Assembly: GCA_034927345.1 (NCBI GenBank)
Contig: JAYFQE010000012.1
Span: 30,176 to 94,175, forward strand
Origin: Clostridiaceae bacterium
GTDB lineage: Bacteria > Bacillota > Clostridia > Saccharofermentanales > UBA5734
DNA length: 64,000 nt
Direction of reading: 5' to 3'
Made by a program: the position numbers and the translations under genes. Below, in pieces: positions 29,678 through 38,417 of this stretch. A model generated the notes under the pieces. It searched no databases. It had not been told where the DNA came from and saw only the letters and a list, made by a program, of their open reading frames with translations. Within the stretch, counting starts at the first letter, position 1, and every line of letters starts with the position of its first letter.

Positions 29678-31270
29678 ATGCTTAAAAGAGTAACAAGTAT
29701 GGTCATTATTCTGGTACTCATTCTGGCGCTGACCGCAGGTTGCGCTAATTCTGCTTCAACCACAGGCACTACAGGAGCAACGGGATCGTCATCGTCAGAA
29801 TCTGCTACGGCAAATACGACAACCGGCGCTGTCGACAACAGTAAACGGATCACCCTTGATTGGTATATGGCAACCTGGGGTGATAAAAAAGATGCTGACG
29901 CCGTTTATGCTGAAGTCAGCAAAATCATGCAGGAAAAGTTGAATGTCGATCTCCAGATCCATTATTATGAATATGGTGATTATGACAAAAAGGTTTCGAC
30001 CATGGTCAATGCCGGACAAAAAATGGATATTTTGTTTACAAGCGATTCCTTGGTTCCGTTTTTAAATAACGTACGCCAAGGCAATTTCCTGGCTTTGGAT
30101 GATTTGCTGCCGCAATATGCGCCAAAAACATATGCAAATATTCCTAAGGCAGCCTGGGACGCTGTTACGGTAGACGGACATATTTATGGTATCGTACCGA
30201 TGAAGGACCTGGCGGATTGCTATTCTATGCAATATGATTCCGTGTTGACACAAGAATTAGGTTTGACCCCTCCCAAGTCTGGTCAATGGCAGACTATGTT
30301 TGATTTATTGGATTTTCTTTATAAAGGCAAAGAAGCCCGTGATGCAATGTATCCTGATCAGAAAGATTATCCGATTATTCCGGGCGGCAATCAGCAAATA
30401 ACCCTATATTATCCTTATGAGCCGATCAATTTTCTGGTTGGCGCCAATATCGAGGGGACGACTAGTTTTGCCGGCAAAGGTGATGGCGAAACCGTCTTTA
30501 ATGTCTTTGACACGCCGGAATATTTAAAGTACGCTCAAACAATCAAAAAAATGGTTGATGACAAGATATTTCCTTATGATCCCAAGAATTTTGATAAAGA
30601 TAAACAATTGCCGATCAAGTATTTAATGGAAGGCTCGCAAGGTATGGTCACTGACTATAAAACTAACAATCCCAATAATGTCGTGACCCTGCCAAAAGAA
30701 GCCTACATGTATAATAATTATGTCCGCGCTCAACTCAATGCCATTTCCGCTAAATGTGAATATCCGGAAAGGGCTATGCAGGTTATCGAGTACGTCAATC
30801 AAGATAAACTGGTTGCTACTATGCTCCGTTTCGGTATTAAGGACGTTCATTGGAAGGATATCGGCAACAACCAGATTTCCTTTGACGGAACAGCTAATGC
30901 CGATCCGAAGAGCCGCGGATATTATTACTGGTATGGTACAACATTCGGCAGCCTGGAGCCGATCATGCTACCTGATACCGAAGATCTGCAGCTTGTTAAG
31001 AAGATTGTTGAAATGACGAAAAATTCCAATCAAAAAGGCAATCTTGGCTTTATCTTCGACGAGACGCCTGTAATCAATGAAATCGCCGCCTGCCGCAGTG
31101 TTTATGATGAGTACAATACTGTATTAATGGACGGCCTGGCAGAAGATGTTGATTCATCCGTAGCTGAATTTGTTGCGAAACTTAAATCGAATGGCGCTGA
31201 GAAAATTGTTGCTGAAGCCCAGAAGCAATTGACCGACTGGAGAAAATTAGTTGGCCGGCCGGTGCAATAA
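29678..31270 (+). CDS. ABC substrate-binding lipoprotein
   Basis: AGGAGG RBS, lipobox TAGC, Thr/Ser linker, DUF3502-type C-terminus. Confidence 0.9.
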   Translation: MLKRVTSMVIILVLILALTAGCANSASTTGTTGATGSSSSESATANTTTGAVDNSKRITLDWYMATWGDKKDADAVYAEVSKIMQEKLNVDLQIHYYEYGDYDKKVSTMVNAGQKMDILFTSDSLVPFLNNVRQGNFLALDDLLPQYAPKTYANIPKAAWDAVTVDGHIYGIVPMKDLADCYSMQYDSVLTQELGLTPPKSGQWQTMFDLLDFLYKGKEARDAMYPDQKDYPIIPGGNQQITLYYPYEPINFLVGANIEGTTSFAGKGDGETVFNVFDTPEYLKYAQTIKKMVDDKIFPYDPKNFDKDKQLPIKYLMEGSQGMVTDYKTNNPNNVVTLPKEAYMYNNYVRAQLNAISAKCEYPERAMQVIEYVNQDKLVATMLRFGIKDVHWKDIGNNQISFDGTANADPKSRGYYYWYGTTFGSLEPIMLPDTEDLQLVKKIVEMTKNSNQKGNLGFIFDETPVINEIAACRSVYDEYNTVLMDGLAEDVDSSVAEFVAKLKSNGAEKIVAEAQKQLTDWRKLVGRPVQ

Positions 31271-31371
31271 GCAAACACAACCTGAGTACAGAAAATGAAA
31301 GGTGATGCTGCGGCAAAATGATAATCATTTTACCGCAGCATCCAGCCGCGTTGTTCGGGGGAGGATAACCT

Positions 31372-33462
31372 ATGCCCAATTATCTTGTCGAACGATTCAC
31401 AGATCATTATTATAGACTGATTAATCAAGCCGGCGTCCGTCAAGCCAGACCACAGGCCGAAGGTAATGAAAATTTCAATACGTGTTGGGACGGCGCCTTG
31501 TCGCCGGACGGCACCATGTATTTTTCATTGTCATCAGAAGCCGGAAAATGCGACCATGCCAAACTGGTTCGTTATGAATATGAGCAAAACAAGATCGTTG
31601 ATTGTTTTCATGCCGGAGACCTTATTCTACCGAATGAGCGGAATCTTCCCGCCAGCAAATTACATACCTCAATCAATTTCCTACCGGATGGAAGAGTCAT
31701 TGCGACAACACATTCAACCGATAAAGCCAAAAATCATCCTGAATGGATGCCGATGGGATATCATAATCACGTATGGGAAGGATTCCCCGGATCACATATC
31801 CTCGTCTATGATCCAAAGACCGGCAAATCAGAAAACTGGGGGATTCCTGTTCCGCATGAATCAATTTACGGAGCCAAATATGATCCTAAACACAATCGGC
31901 TTTATATGATTGGTTTTATGCGCGGCCATGTCTATGCATACGATCTTGATCAAAAGCGCGTCAAGGATCTTGGCAAAGCCGCCGAGTTGTATTGTTACCG
32001 TCTGGTGTTAGGCGCCGACGGCAATATTTACGGCTGCACAAAGACCGGATTCTATTGGCGTATCAATACGGAAATGAACAAACTTGAAGACTTGAACTAT
32101 ACGGTTCCAGATCTGCCTGGCCCCGGGCATTATGTTAACAACACCTGGTATAAATACCTGGTATGCGGGCGCAATCATTCATCTGGCCAGTTTATTTACC
32201 TGGCAAATCTTTGCGCCGACAGTCTGTTGAAATTTGATTTTACAACTCAAAAGTTTTCAACCGTTGGCAGCTTAGTTCCTAAAGATGGCTTGATGGCTTA
32301 TCCGAACGAATTCACAGACCATCACTGCGATACTTTTGCCATCGATAAATATGGCGTGATTTGGTATCAATACTATCTGTGGAATGTGCAAAATACGGAA
32401 AATATCCGCTACAATCTGCCCAATTATCTCATGCGGTGGGATGTTGAAAACGGCAAGGAGCCTGAATTGATGGGCGTTCTCGGTACGCCGAACTGGATTC
32501 AGCGGTTAACGACAGAGATGGAAATCGATCAAGAGCGGGATATCCTGTATAGTGTTGATGCCGGCAGGGGTTTTGCTGAAGATGGGCCGAGCATCGTCGC
32601 GATTGACTTGGCGGAATTCCGTTCTCATATGTACGAACCGGGTCCATTACCTGTCGATGATTTTTTAAAGCCTGTCGATATGACACCTGCTGAAATCAGC
32701 CTGCGCGATGAACGGATCCGGAATAAAGCCGGGGAAGAAGTTACGGCGAATAATCCTTTCCAGGCATTTCCCATAAAAAATTGCTTCCCTGTGCGCATTT
32801 GGAGAAGCGTTCCACATACTGAGATCGAAGAATCAGCCGTTATCGGTATGTGTTATGACGAAACTGGGTTGCTTCATGTTGTTTGCGGAAAATCCGGTAT
32901 TTTTGATCAGGCGAGATTTATTTTCAAAATACAGGACCGCCAGATAATTGAACGGCTGGATTTTAACGCAGTTGACCCAATTTATAAAAAGTGGCTGGAA
33001 TCGCATATTCTACCTGACCGGTTTACGTTTGACGCGTCGATTCGTTTACCGGAGGCAACCGGCCGGCGATACCGAGCTGTTGCTTCAGCCGTTGCGGACT
33101 GGAACCAAGACCGCCGAATTGTCGGGACGCTGGATGCCCTGATGGCTATCGTCAATCCGGATAATTCCGTCTATTCGCTGGGCAATGCCGCGGCGTATGG
33201 TCCGGTGCGCTGTTTGTGTACTAACAAAGCGAAGGATAAATTATGGGGTGTTGCCGGCGATGACGAAGATCTGGGATATGTTTTTACCTACGATGACCAA
33301 AAGGGTTTAAATCAATTAGGTATCATTAATTATAATACCCATGGTTATTATGGTACGACAGCCTCTAATATTTTATCCAGTATTGTGCTCAACTTCCAAG
33401 AAGATACACTAGCAATCGGCGGTGCGGATCGGATCGCAACGGTTCATATTGTAAGCTTGTAA
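31372..33462 (+). CDS. Hypothetical cytoplasmic protein, predicted beta-propeller
   Basis: 696 aa with GGAGG RBS. Recurrent blade-like motifs (SPDGTMYF, LPDGRVI, YDPKTGK, YDPKHNRLY, GADGNIYG, IDKYGVIW). No signal peptide. Confidence 0.65.
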   Translation: MPNYLVERFTDHYYRLINQAGVRQARPQAEGNENFNTCWDGALSPDGTMYFSLSSEAGKCDHAKLVRYEYEQNKIVDCFHAGDLILPNERNLPASKLHTSINFLPDGRVIATTHSTDKAKNHPEWMPMGYHNHVWEGFPGSHILVYDPKTGKSENWGIPVPHESIYGAKYDPKHNRLYMIGFMRGHVYAYDLDQKRVKDLGKAAELYCYRLVLGADGNIYGCTKTGFYWRINTEMNKLEDLNYTVPDLPGPGHYVNNTWYKYLVCGRNHSSGQFIYLANLCADSLLKFDFTTQKFSTVGSLVPKDGLMAYPNEFTDHHCDTFAIDKYGVIWYQYYLWNVQNTENIRYNLPNYLMRWDVENGKEPELMGVLGTPNWIQRLTTEMEIDQERDILYSVDAGRGFAEDGPSIVAIDLAEFRSHMYEPGPLPVDDFLKPVDMTPAEISLRDERIRNKAGEEVTANNPFQAFPIKNCFPVRIWRSVPHTEIEESAVIGMCYDETGLLHVVCGKSGIFDQARFIFKIQDRQIIERLDFNAVDPIYKKWLESHILPDRFTFDASIRLPEATGRRYRAVASAVADWNQDRRIVGTLDALMAIVNPDNSVYSLGNAAAYGPVRCLCTNKAKDKLWGVAGDDEDLGYVFTYDDQKGLNQLGIINYNTHGYYGTTASNILSSIVLNFQEDTLAIGGADRIATVHIVSL

Positions 33463-33552
33463 ATCATGGAAGGGTCGCTGTGGGAAATGCTGCAGCGGTC
33501 CTTCTGGTAAAATCAAAACATTTTTCTTGTTTATTATCCTTAAACTGAATTT

Positions 33553-33589
33553 GCCGCATCCCGCAGAGAACCTGCAGGATGCGGTTTTT
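33553..33589 (+). terminator. Intrinsic terminator ending the ABC/propeller operon
   Basis: GCCGCATCC-C-GCAG-loop-CTGC-A-GGATGCGGT followed by a T-run. Confidence 0.8.
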
Positions 33590-33619
33590 GATATGCTCTG
33601 ACATTTTTGCAGAAATCTG

Positions 33620-33670
33620 TTGACGTCTGAAAAAATCTGTTCTATGATGTACCTGTTTGATATAGAAAAA
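33620..33670 (+). promoter_or_regulatory. sigmaA promoter of the Fe-S reductase triplet with a candidate IclR operator
   Basis: TTGACG(33620)-N17-TATGAT(33643). TTTGATATAGAAAAA at 33656-33670. Confidence 0.65.
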
Positions 33671-33805
33671 CAATTGATTTATATATTCATTATTAACGAA
33701 TATATAATCGCATTTACAACTTCCACTTCGATTCTGCGTCAAGGATGATACAAACAACAATCCAGCCATTCGTCAAATCATAACCACCCTTTGAAAGGAG
33801 ATCTT

Positions 33806-34642
33806 ATGGAAAAGTTCAAACAAGATATCAAACTGGCTGCCCGGCAGGGGCTGGTCGATTTAGTCGGGTTTGCCGCCCGGGATCGATTCGAAACGCTTAA
33901 TCCGCAGAAAAATCCCTTCAGTTTGTTTCCGAAAGGCGAAACATTGATCATGATCGGACGCCGCATTACCAGAGGTACGCTGAGGGGTGTAGAAGAAGGC
34001 ATCAATCTGGGCGATTATGGCATGTTCGGCAAGAGTTGGCTGGCAGATGAATTTGTAGCCCAGTCGACTTACGGGCTGGTACAATTCATTGAACGTGCCG
34101 GCTGGGAGGCGATGCCGGTCGTGCCGGGAAGCCGGCAAGCTGTATCCGGAGTTGCAGAACCGGTGACACCGGATTTCAAATACGCGGCCGTTGCCTGCGG
34201 CCTGGGCGAAATTGGATTGAGCGGCGAGCTATTGACTCCCCGCTTCGGGCCGCGCCAACGCTTTGCGATGATTATTACCGATGCCAAAATGACGTCCGAT
34301 CCATTGCTGGACCGGAAGGTTTGCACCCGGTGCGGCCGATGCCTGGCTATATGTCCGCTTCATGCGTATGACCGGGAGAAAACCTCTGATATCGTCATTT
34401 GCGGTAAAACCATGCAGATCGCGCCGTGTAACCTGGATTTATGCGGAATCTGCAAGAACGGAGCCGAAGGGAAAGAACAAACCGATCGTTTGGCCGCGCT
34501 TTGCGTCCGAACTTGTGTCGACGAGCTCGATAAAGCCCGCATTCTGGATCAGACGTTTGAAACAGGATTTCGCAAGCGGCAGGCCTGGGGGAAGAATGAA
34601 TTCGGCGAGGCTGTCGATATCGCGGAAGGAGGTCAAAAATGA
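33806..34642 (+). CDS. QueG/reductive dehalogenase superfamily [4Fe-4S] protein (paralogue 1)
   Basis: DLVGFA, AAVACGLGEIGLSGELLTPRFGPRQRFAMIITDA, CTRCGRCLAICP, CGIC, CVRTC. AAGGAG RBS. Confidence 0.8.
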   Translation: MEKFKQDIKLAARQGLVDLVGFAARDRFETLNPQKNPFSLFPKGETLIMIGRRITRGTLRGVEEGINLGDYGMFGKSWLADEFVAQSTYGLVQFIERAGWEAMPVVPGSRQAVSGVAEPVTPDFKYAAVACGLGEIGLSGELLTPRFGPRQRFAMIITDAKMTSDPLLDRKVCTRCGRCLAICPLHAYDREKTSDIVICGKTMQIAPCNLDLCGICKNGAEGKEQTDRLAALCVRTCVDELDKARILDQTFETGFRKRQAWGKNEFGEAVDIAEGGQK

Positions 34643-35742
34643 AACTGACATCGCAAATGATCAAGGATAAAGCCAAAGAACTGGGGATTGATTGCATCGG
34701 CATCGGCAGTATTGATCGATATAAAGATGCGCCGCCGCTGATGAATCCCAAAAATTATTTTCCTGAATGTAAATCGATCGTCATGCTGGCCATGCGTATT
34801 CCGCGAGGAACTTATCGCGGCATCATCGAAGGAACACACTGGCATAATTATACTTTTTATTCTTACAACCGGCTGAATACTCTGTTTCGGCCACAAAAAA
34901 CATACGCAATGGCTTGTTTTATCGAAGATATGGGCTGGGAAGCCATTCCACATTATCCCGCGGTTTGCGAACGCATGGGCGAAGGTGAACCGGTTGTTCC
35001 CGGCAGGCTGCCGAATGTAGCGATGAGCGTTCGCATTATGGGCGTCGGCGCCGGACTGGGTGAAATGGGACACTCAAAAGTGTTTATGACCCGCGAGTTT
35101 GGCCCGCGCGTTCGTTTGGGCATGATCATGACCGACGCCGAGCTGGAACCGGATCCGATCATCAAACCGGGCACTCTGTGCAATCGCTGCGGCCGCTGCG
35201 TCAGGGACTGCCCCGGCAATGCCATTCCACCGGTTAAAGACAAAGACAAATATTTGCATATCCATGTCGGCGATGAAGATATCTATTGGGGCGATGTCGA
35301 CATGGGCCGCTGTACTTTGACCCATCACGGCTTGAACAACCGCATCTCGCCATTCCTGAAAAAGGATCTGCCGAATTTTGAACTGGATGTTCAAACAGCA
35401 AACATGACAGAAGAAGAAGCATACCGTCTGACTTATACCATGGCCCTGGGCAAATGGGGTTGTGTTTATGACCAGCCGGATAATTCGATCATGCATTATT
35501 ATCATTATGTGCTCAGCCACGTCGGTTATTTTGCTATTTGCGGCGCCCGCGGCTGCATCTGCAGTTGCATGGATTCGCTGGAAAAGCGCAAGGCAATCAA
35601 AAACCTGTTTCATAATCCGCTTTATAAACGACCGATCTGGATCCTGCCATGCGAGAAGAAGGTAAAAACAGGCCGGATCAATCCCTGGCGTGAGGAATAT
35701 CTGGATAAACGTGACCCGTCAATACGCAAGAATGAATATTAA
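34639..35742 (+). CDS. QueG/reductive dehalogenase superfamily [4Fe-4S] protein (paralogue 2)
   Basis: IKDKAKELGIDCIGI, GAGLGEMGHSKVFMTREFGPRVRLGMIMTDAELEPD, CNRCGRCVRDCP, DMGRC, CGARGCICSC. Confidence 0.82.
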   Translation: MKLTSQMIKDKAKELGIDCIGIGSIDRYKDAPPLMNPKNYFPECKSIVMLAMRIPRGTYRGIIEGTHWHNYTFYSYNRLNTLFRPQKTYAMACFIEDMGWEAIPHYPAVCERMGEGEPVVPGRLPNVAMSVRIMGVGAGLGEMGHSKVFMTREFGPRVRLGMIMTDAELEPDPIIKPGTLCNRCGRCVRDCPGNAIPPVKDKDKYLHIHVGDEDIYWGDVDMGRCTLTHHGLNNRISPFLKKDLPNFELDVQTANMTEEEAYRLTYTMALGKWGCVYDQPDNSIMHYYHYVLSHVGYFAICGARGCICSCMDSLEKRKAIKNLFHNPLYKRPIWILPCEKKVKTGRINPWREEYLDKRDPSIRKNEY

Positions 35743-35766
35743 GGCAATCGGCCTGGGAGGTTTGAC

Positions 35767-36612
35767 ATGGACGAATTCAAATGCGCCATTAAAGCAAAAG
35801 CTGAAGCTTTACAAATTGACCTGATTGGTTTTGCAGCCAAAGACCGTTTTACGGGTTTGGATCCGCAATATGATCCGTTCAGTATTTTTCCCGACGGACA
35901 CACGGTAATTTTAGTTGGCCAGATGATTCCGCGCGGAGCTCTCCGGGGTATCGAGGAAGGGACCGACACAACCGCTTACAGCAATTTTGGTTATAGTTGG
36001 CTGGACAATCAGTTTGTTGCCCAATCGACTTATGATCTGGTCCGGTTTATTGAAGATGCCGGCTGGGAAGCCTGTCCGATTTTCCCCAATCCGCTATCGA
36101 CAACCGCGATGGGCGTACCGGTCGCCGAAGGAAGGCCGGCTCCGAATGTTACGCCGGATTTCGATTATGCGGCTGTCGCCTGCGGTCTTGGCGAACTGGG
36201 CTTGAATCAGGAGATTCTGACCGTGTCTCTGGGCCATCGCCAACGATTCCAAATGATCATCACAGATGCCGAGCTTGAATCCGATCCCCTGGTTGCCCCG
36301 GCGTTGTGCGATCATTGCGGTGCCTGCGCCGAAGCTTGTCCGTTGAAAGCCGTTCATGCCGACAAGATAATCGAGCGGACGATCTGCGGTCGGTCATTCA
36401 CTATGGCGGATATTGATTTTGAGTTGTGTAAAAAGTGTCCGAACGGCGGTATGGCTAATCGATTGCATCCAAGCGGCAAACCGGACCGCTACGCAGCTGC
36501 CTGCAACCGGGCTTGCCTGGCGGAACTGGATAAGCGGGGTATCGGCTCGATGCAGCAGCCGTATCGAACACATGAATCCTGGAAGAAAAACCGCCGCGGC
36601 GACTTGATTTAA
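35767..36612 (+). CDS. QueG/reductive dehalogenase superfamily [4Fe-4S] protein (paralogue 3)
   Basis: DLIGFA, AAVACGLGELG...GHRQRFQMIITDAELESDP, CDHCGACAEACP, CKKC, CNRAC. Confidence 0.8.
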   Translation: MDEFKCAIKAKAEALQIDLIGFAAKDRFTGLDPQYDPFSIFPDGHTVILVGQMIPRGALRGIEEGTDTTAYSNFGYSWLDNQFVAQSTYDLVRFIEDAGWEACPIFPNPLSTTAMGVPVAEGRPAPNVTPDFDYAAVACGLGELGLNQEILTVSLGHRQRFQMIITDAELESDPLVAPALCDHCGACAEACPLKAVHADKIIERTICGRSFTMADIDFELCKKCPNGGMANRLHPSGKPDRYAAACNRACLAELDKRGIGSMQQPYRTHESWKKNRRGDLI

Positions 36613-36625
36613 AACCAGGTGACAA

Positions 36626-36654
36626 TTGAGTTCTACAATGTCAAATGATATGAT
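36626..36654 (+). promoter_or_regulatory. Promoter of the IclR gene with a candidate operator in the spacer
   Basis: TTGAGT(36626)-N17-TATGAT(36649) with a TG extension. Imperfect palindrome TTCTACAATGTCAAA at 36631-36645. Confidence 0.6.
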
Positions 36655-36686
36655 GAAAAGCAGAGTAATGAACAGGAGCGGGAATC

Positions 36687-37436
36687 ATGATCAAGGTCAT
36701 TTTAAAATGCCTGAAAATTCTGGAAATCGTTTCAGCCAGCGGTAATGATGCCGTGAAATTATCGGAAATAGCGCAGAAGATCGACGAAAAGCCGTCGACC
36801 GTGGCAGGCATCGTCAAAACAATGACCGAAGCCGGGTATTTACAGAAAGATCCTGTTCGCGGTTATCATTTAGGCATTATGGCGGCGACCCTGACGCATG
36901 GCGATCTGTATAATCGGAATTTACTGATCGCCGCTCAAAAATATATCACGCCTGTCGCTTTGGAGCGGTCGCTTTATCTGTCTCTTGCTGTTTTGCGGGA
37001 TAATGTCCGTCATTCTATTCTGGAAGTCAACAGCAAAGGCGAGGTCATCATGCAGGCCAGAGCCAACGCCGGCGTCATGAACTCGTCAACGGGCCTTATG
37101 CTGGTCAGCCATCAGCCGCGCCATGTACAAGATTCATTGCTGGATTTTTATGGTGTGCCCAGACGTTTTGGCGGTTATGAAGAATTCATCCGCTATCTGG
37201 AAACGGTAAAAACGCAGGGATATATTGAAATAGCCCGGCCGTCAAATACAGTAGCCATTGCCGTGCCGGTCCGGGATGCCAAGAAGGTTGTGGCGGCTCT
37301 CGGCATCTATATCACAACCGTGCAGCGAAATGAATGGGAATTGCCGCAGATCATAGCCGTTCTGAATGAAATATCCGCAAAAATCACTTACGATTTGATA
37401 AACGGCACTGAAATTAATGATCTGGTAACGCCTTAA
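36687..37436 (+). CDS. IclR family transcriptional regulator
   Basis: KCLKILE...LSEIAQKI...STV...GYL HTH; SSTG; IAVPVRD...VAALGI. Confidence 0.88.
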   Translation: MIKVILKCLKILEIVSASGNDAVKLSEIAQKIDEKPSTVAGIVKTMTEAGYLQKDPVRGYHLGIMAATLTHGDLYNRNLLIAAQKYITPVALERSLYLSLAVLRDNVRHSILEVNSKGEVIMQARANAGVMNSSTGLMLVSHQPRHVQDSLLDFYGVPRRFGGYEEFIRYLETVKTQGYIEIARPSNTVAIAVPVRDAKKVVAALGIYITTVQRNEWELPQIIAVLNEISAKITYDLINGTEINDLVTP

Positions 37437-37456
37437 GCAGGATCATAATCGTGCCT

Positions 37457-37888
37457 TCACTTTTTTCGGATTATTGCCCTACATTTGGCCTGATCGATAT
37501 GCGACATATCATAGTCATAGGTAAATCCTAATGGTTCCAGGACTCGACGGTATAGCAAATCACAATGGCCGCAATAATTATAATAAGGTTTCATCTGATC
37601 CAAATGAAGCAGCCGGCCTTTTGACGGGCAGTTATGCATGTCGATGATGAAGGTACCCTCTTCTTCATCAAGCGTCATGGTAAAATCAGCGGCTTCTTCA
37701 TTCAAGGTATGACTCCAGTATTCATAACAGCCGCGCAGTCCTTTTTCAGCAGCCAGGTCGTGCAGGTTGCCAAGAAAACGATCCGATAAATAACACCAAA
37801 AGTCCTTAACTTCTGAACTGCCGCCGCGGCGGTCCAGAAAAGCGAAAAATTCGCTATATGCAGGTATAAATTCCGTACAGGAAATCAT
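37457..37888 (-). CDS. Hypothetical protein, V4R/ATC-hydrolase-like, with Cys/His motif
   Basis: Start MISCTEF overlaps the upstream stop (ATGA), with AAGGAGG RBS. MHNCPSKG...YCGHC...CR. Confidence 0.6.
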   Translation of the reverse strand: MISCTEFIPAYSEFFAFLDRRGGSSEVKDFWCYLSDRFLGNLHDLAAEKGLRGCYEYWSHTLNEEAADFTMTLDEEEGTFIIDMHNCPSKGRLLHLDQMKPYYNYCGHCDLLYRRVLEPLGFTYDYDMSHIDQAKCRAIIRKK

Positions 37889-38361
37889 AACGGTTCCCTC
37901 CTTGAAAATGTTTGGACGCAAGCTCCTGTATCCGGATCATAATCAGATAAAGTTGCCTGGAAATCGCTGCCGGTGCAGATGGTTTCATTAACCACGGAAC
38001 TGGTTAACTGAAAAAGCGGCGAGACAGAATCCCCGGCTGCCCGGATATGGGCGACTGCCGGACATGATCGGACCGTGATCGACAGCCGTTCGGGATTTGG
38101 CAGCATTTCGATTGTCACGTCGCCGCCCTCCAGATCATATAAATGTTGAAAGTGTTCCTGTAAGGCCGCGAGACCACGCTTTTTCAGATCTGCCGCAAGC
38201 GGCGCATAATAAGCGGCGCTGAAATCATGCAGATAGGCGCGTACCGCTTCTTCACCGTACCGACGCTCCAGATAGATCAAAGCATGATTTAAAGCTTTAT
38301 GAAAATCTTTATGCAGATAGACGTTATCTGCAGCATGCCGTTCCATTTTTAAAACAGCCAT
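37885..38361 (-). CDS. Hypothetical protein, V4R/ATC-hydrolase-like
   Basis: YLHKDFH, YGEEAV, KRGL, CPAV, TIC, GACVQ. Layout similar to the downstream ORF. Confidence 0.6.
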   Translation of the reverse strand: MAVLKMERHAADNVYLHKDFHKALNHALIYLERRYGEEAVRAYLHDFSAAYYAPLAADLKKRGLAALQEHFQHLYDLEGGDVTIEMLPNPERLSITVRSCPAVAHIRAAGDSVSPLFQLTSSVVNETICTGSDFQATLSDYDPDTGACVQTFSRREPL

Positions 38362-38417
38362 AATAGGTCCCCCTGATATTTTAGTCAACTGAAAAAAACC
38401 TGGTTTATAGCGTCCGG

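Noticed and set aside
33464-33600. Possible cobalamin riboswitch upstream of the putative B12-dependent genes (GGGAA and GAACCTGC fragments)
   Set aside because: The core B12-element segments are absent. The fragments are explained by two hairpins, and they lie upstream of the predicted promoter. An Rfam/Infernal scan would settle it.
33806-36612. Respiratory reductive dehalogenase or housekeeping queG
   Set aside because: No TAT signal or RdhB, too short for RdhA, no QueG-specific motif recognised, and present in three copies. Only the superfamily call is kept.
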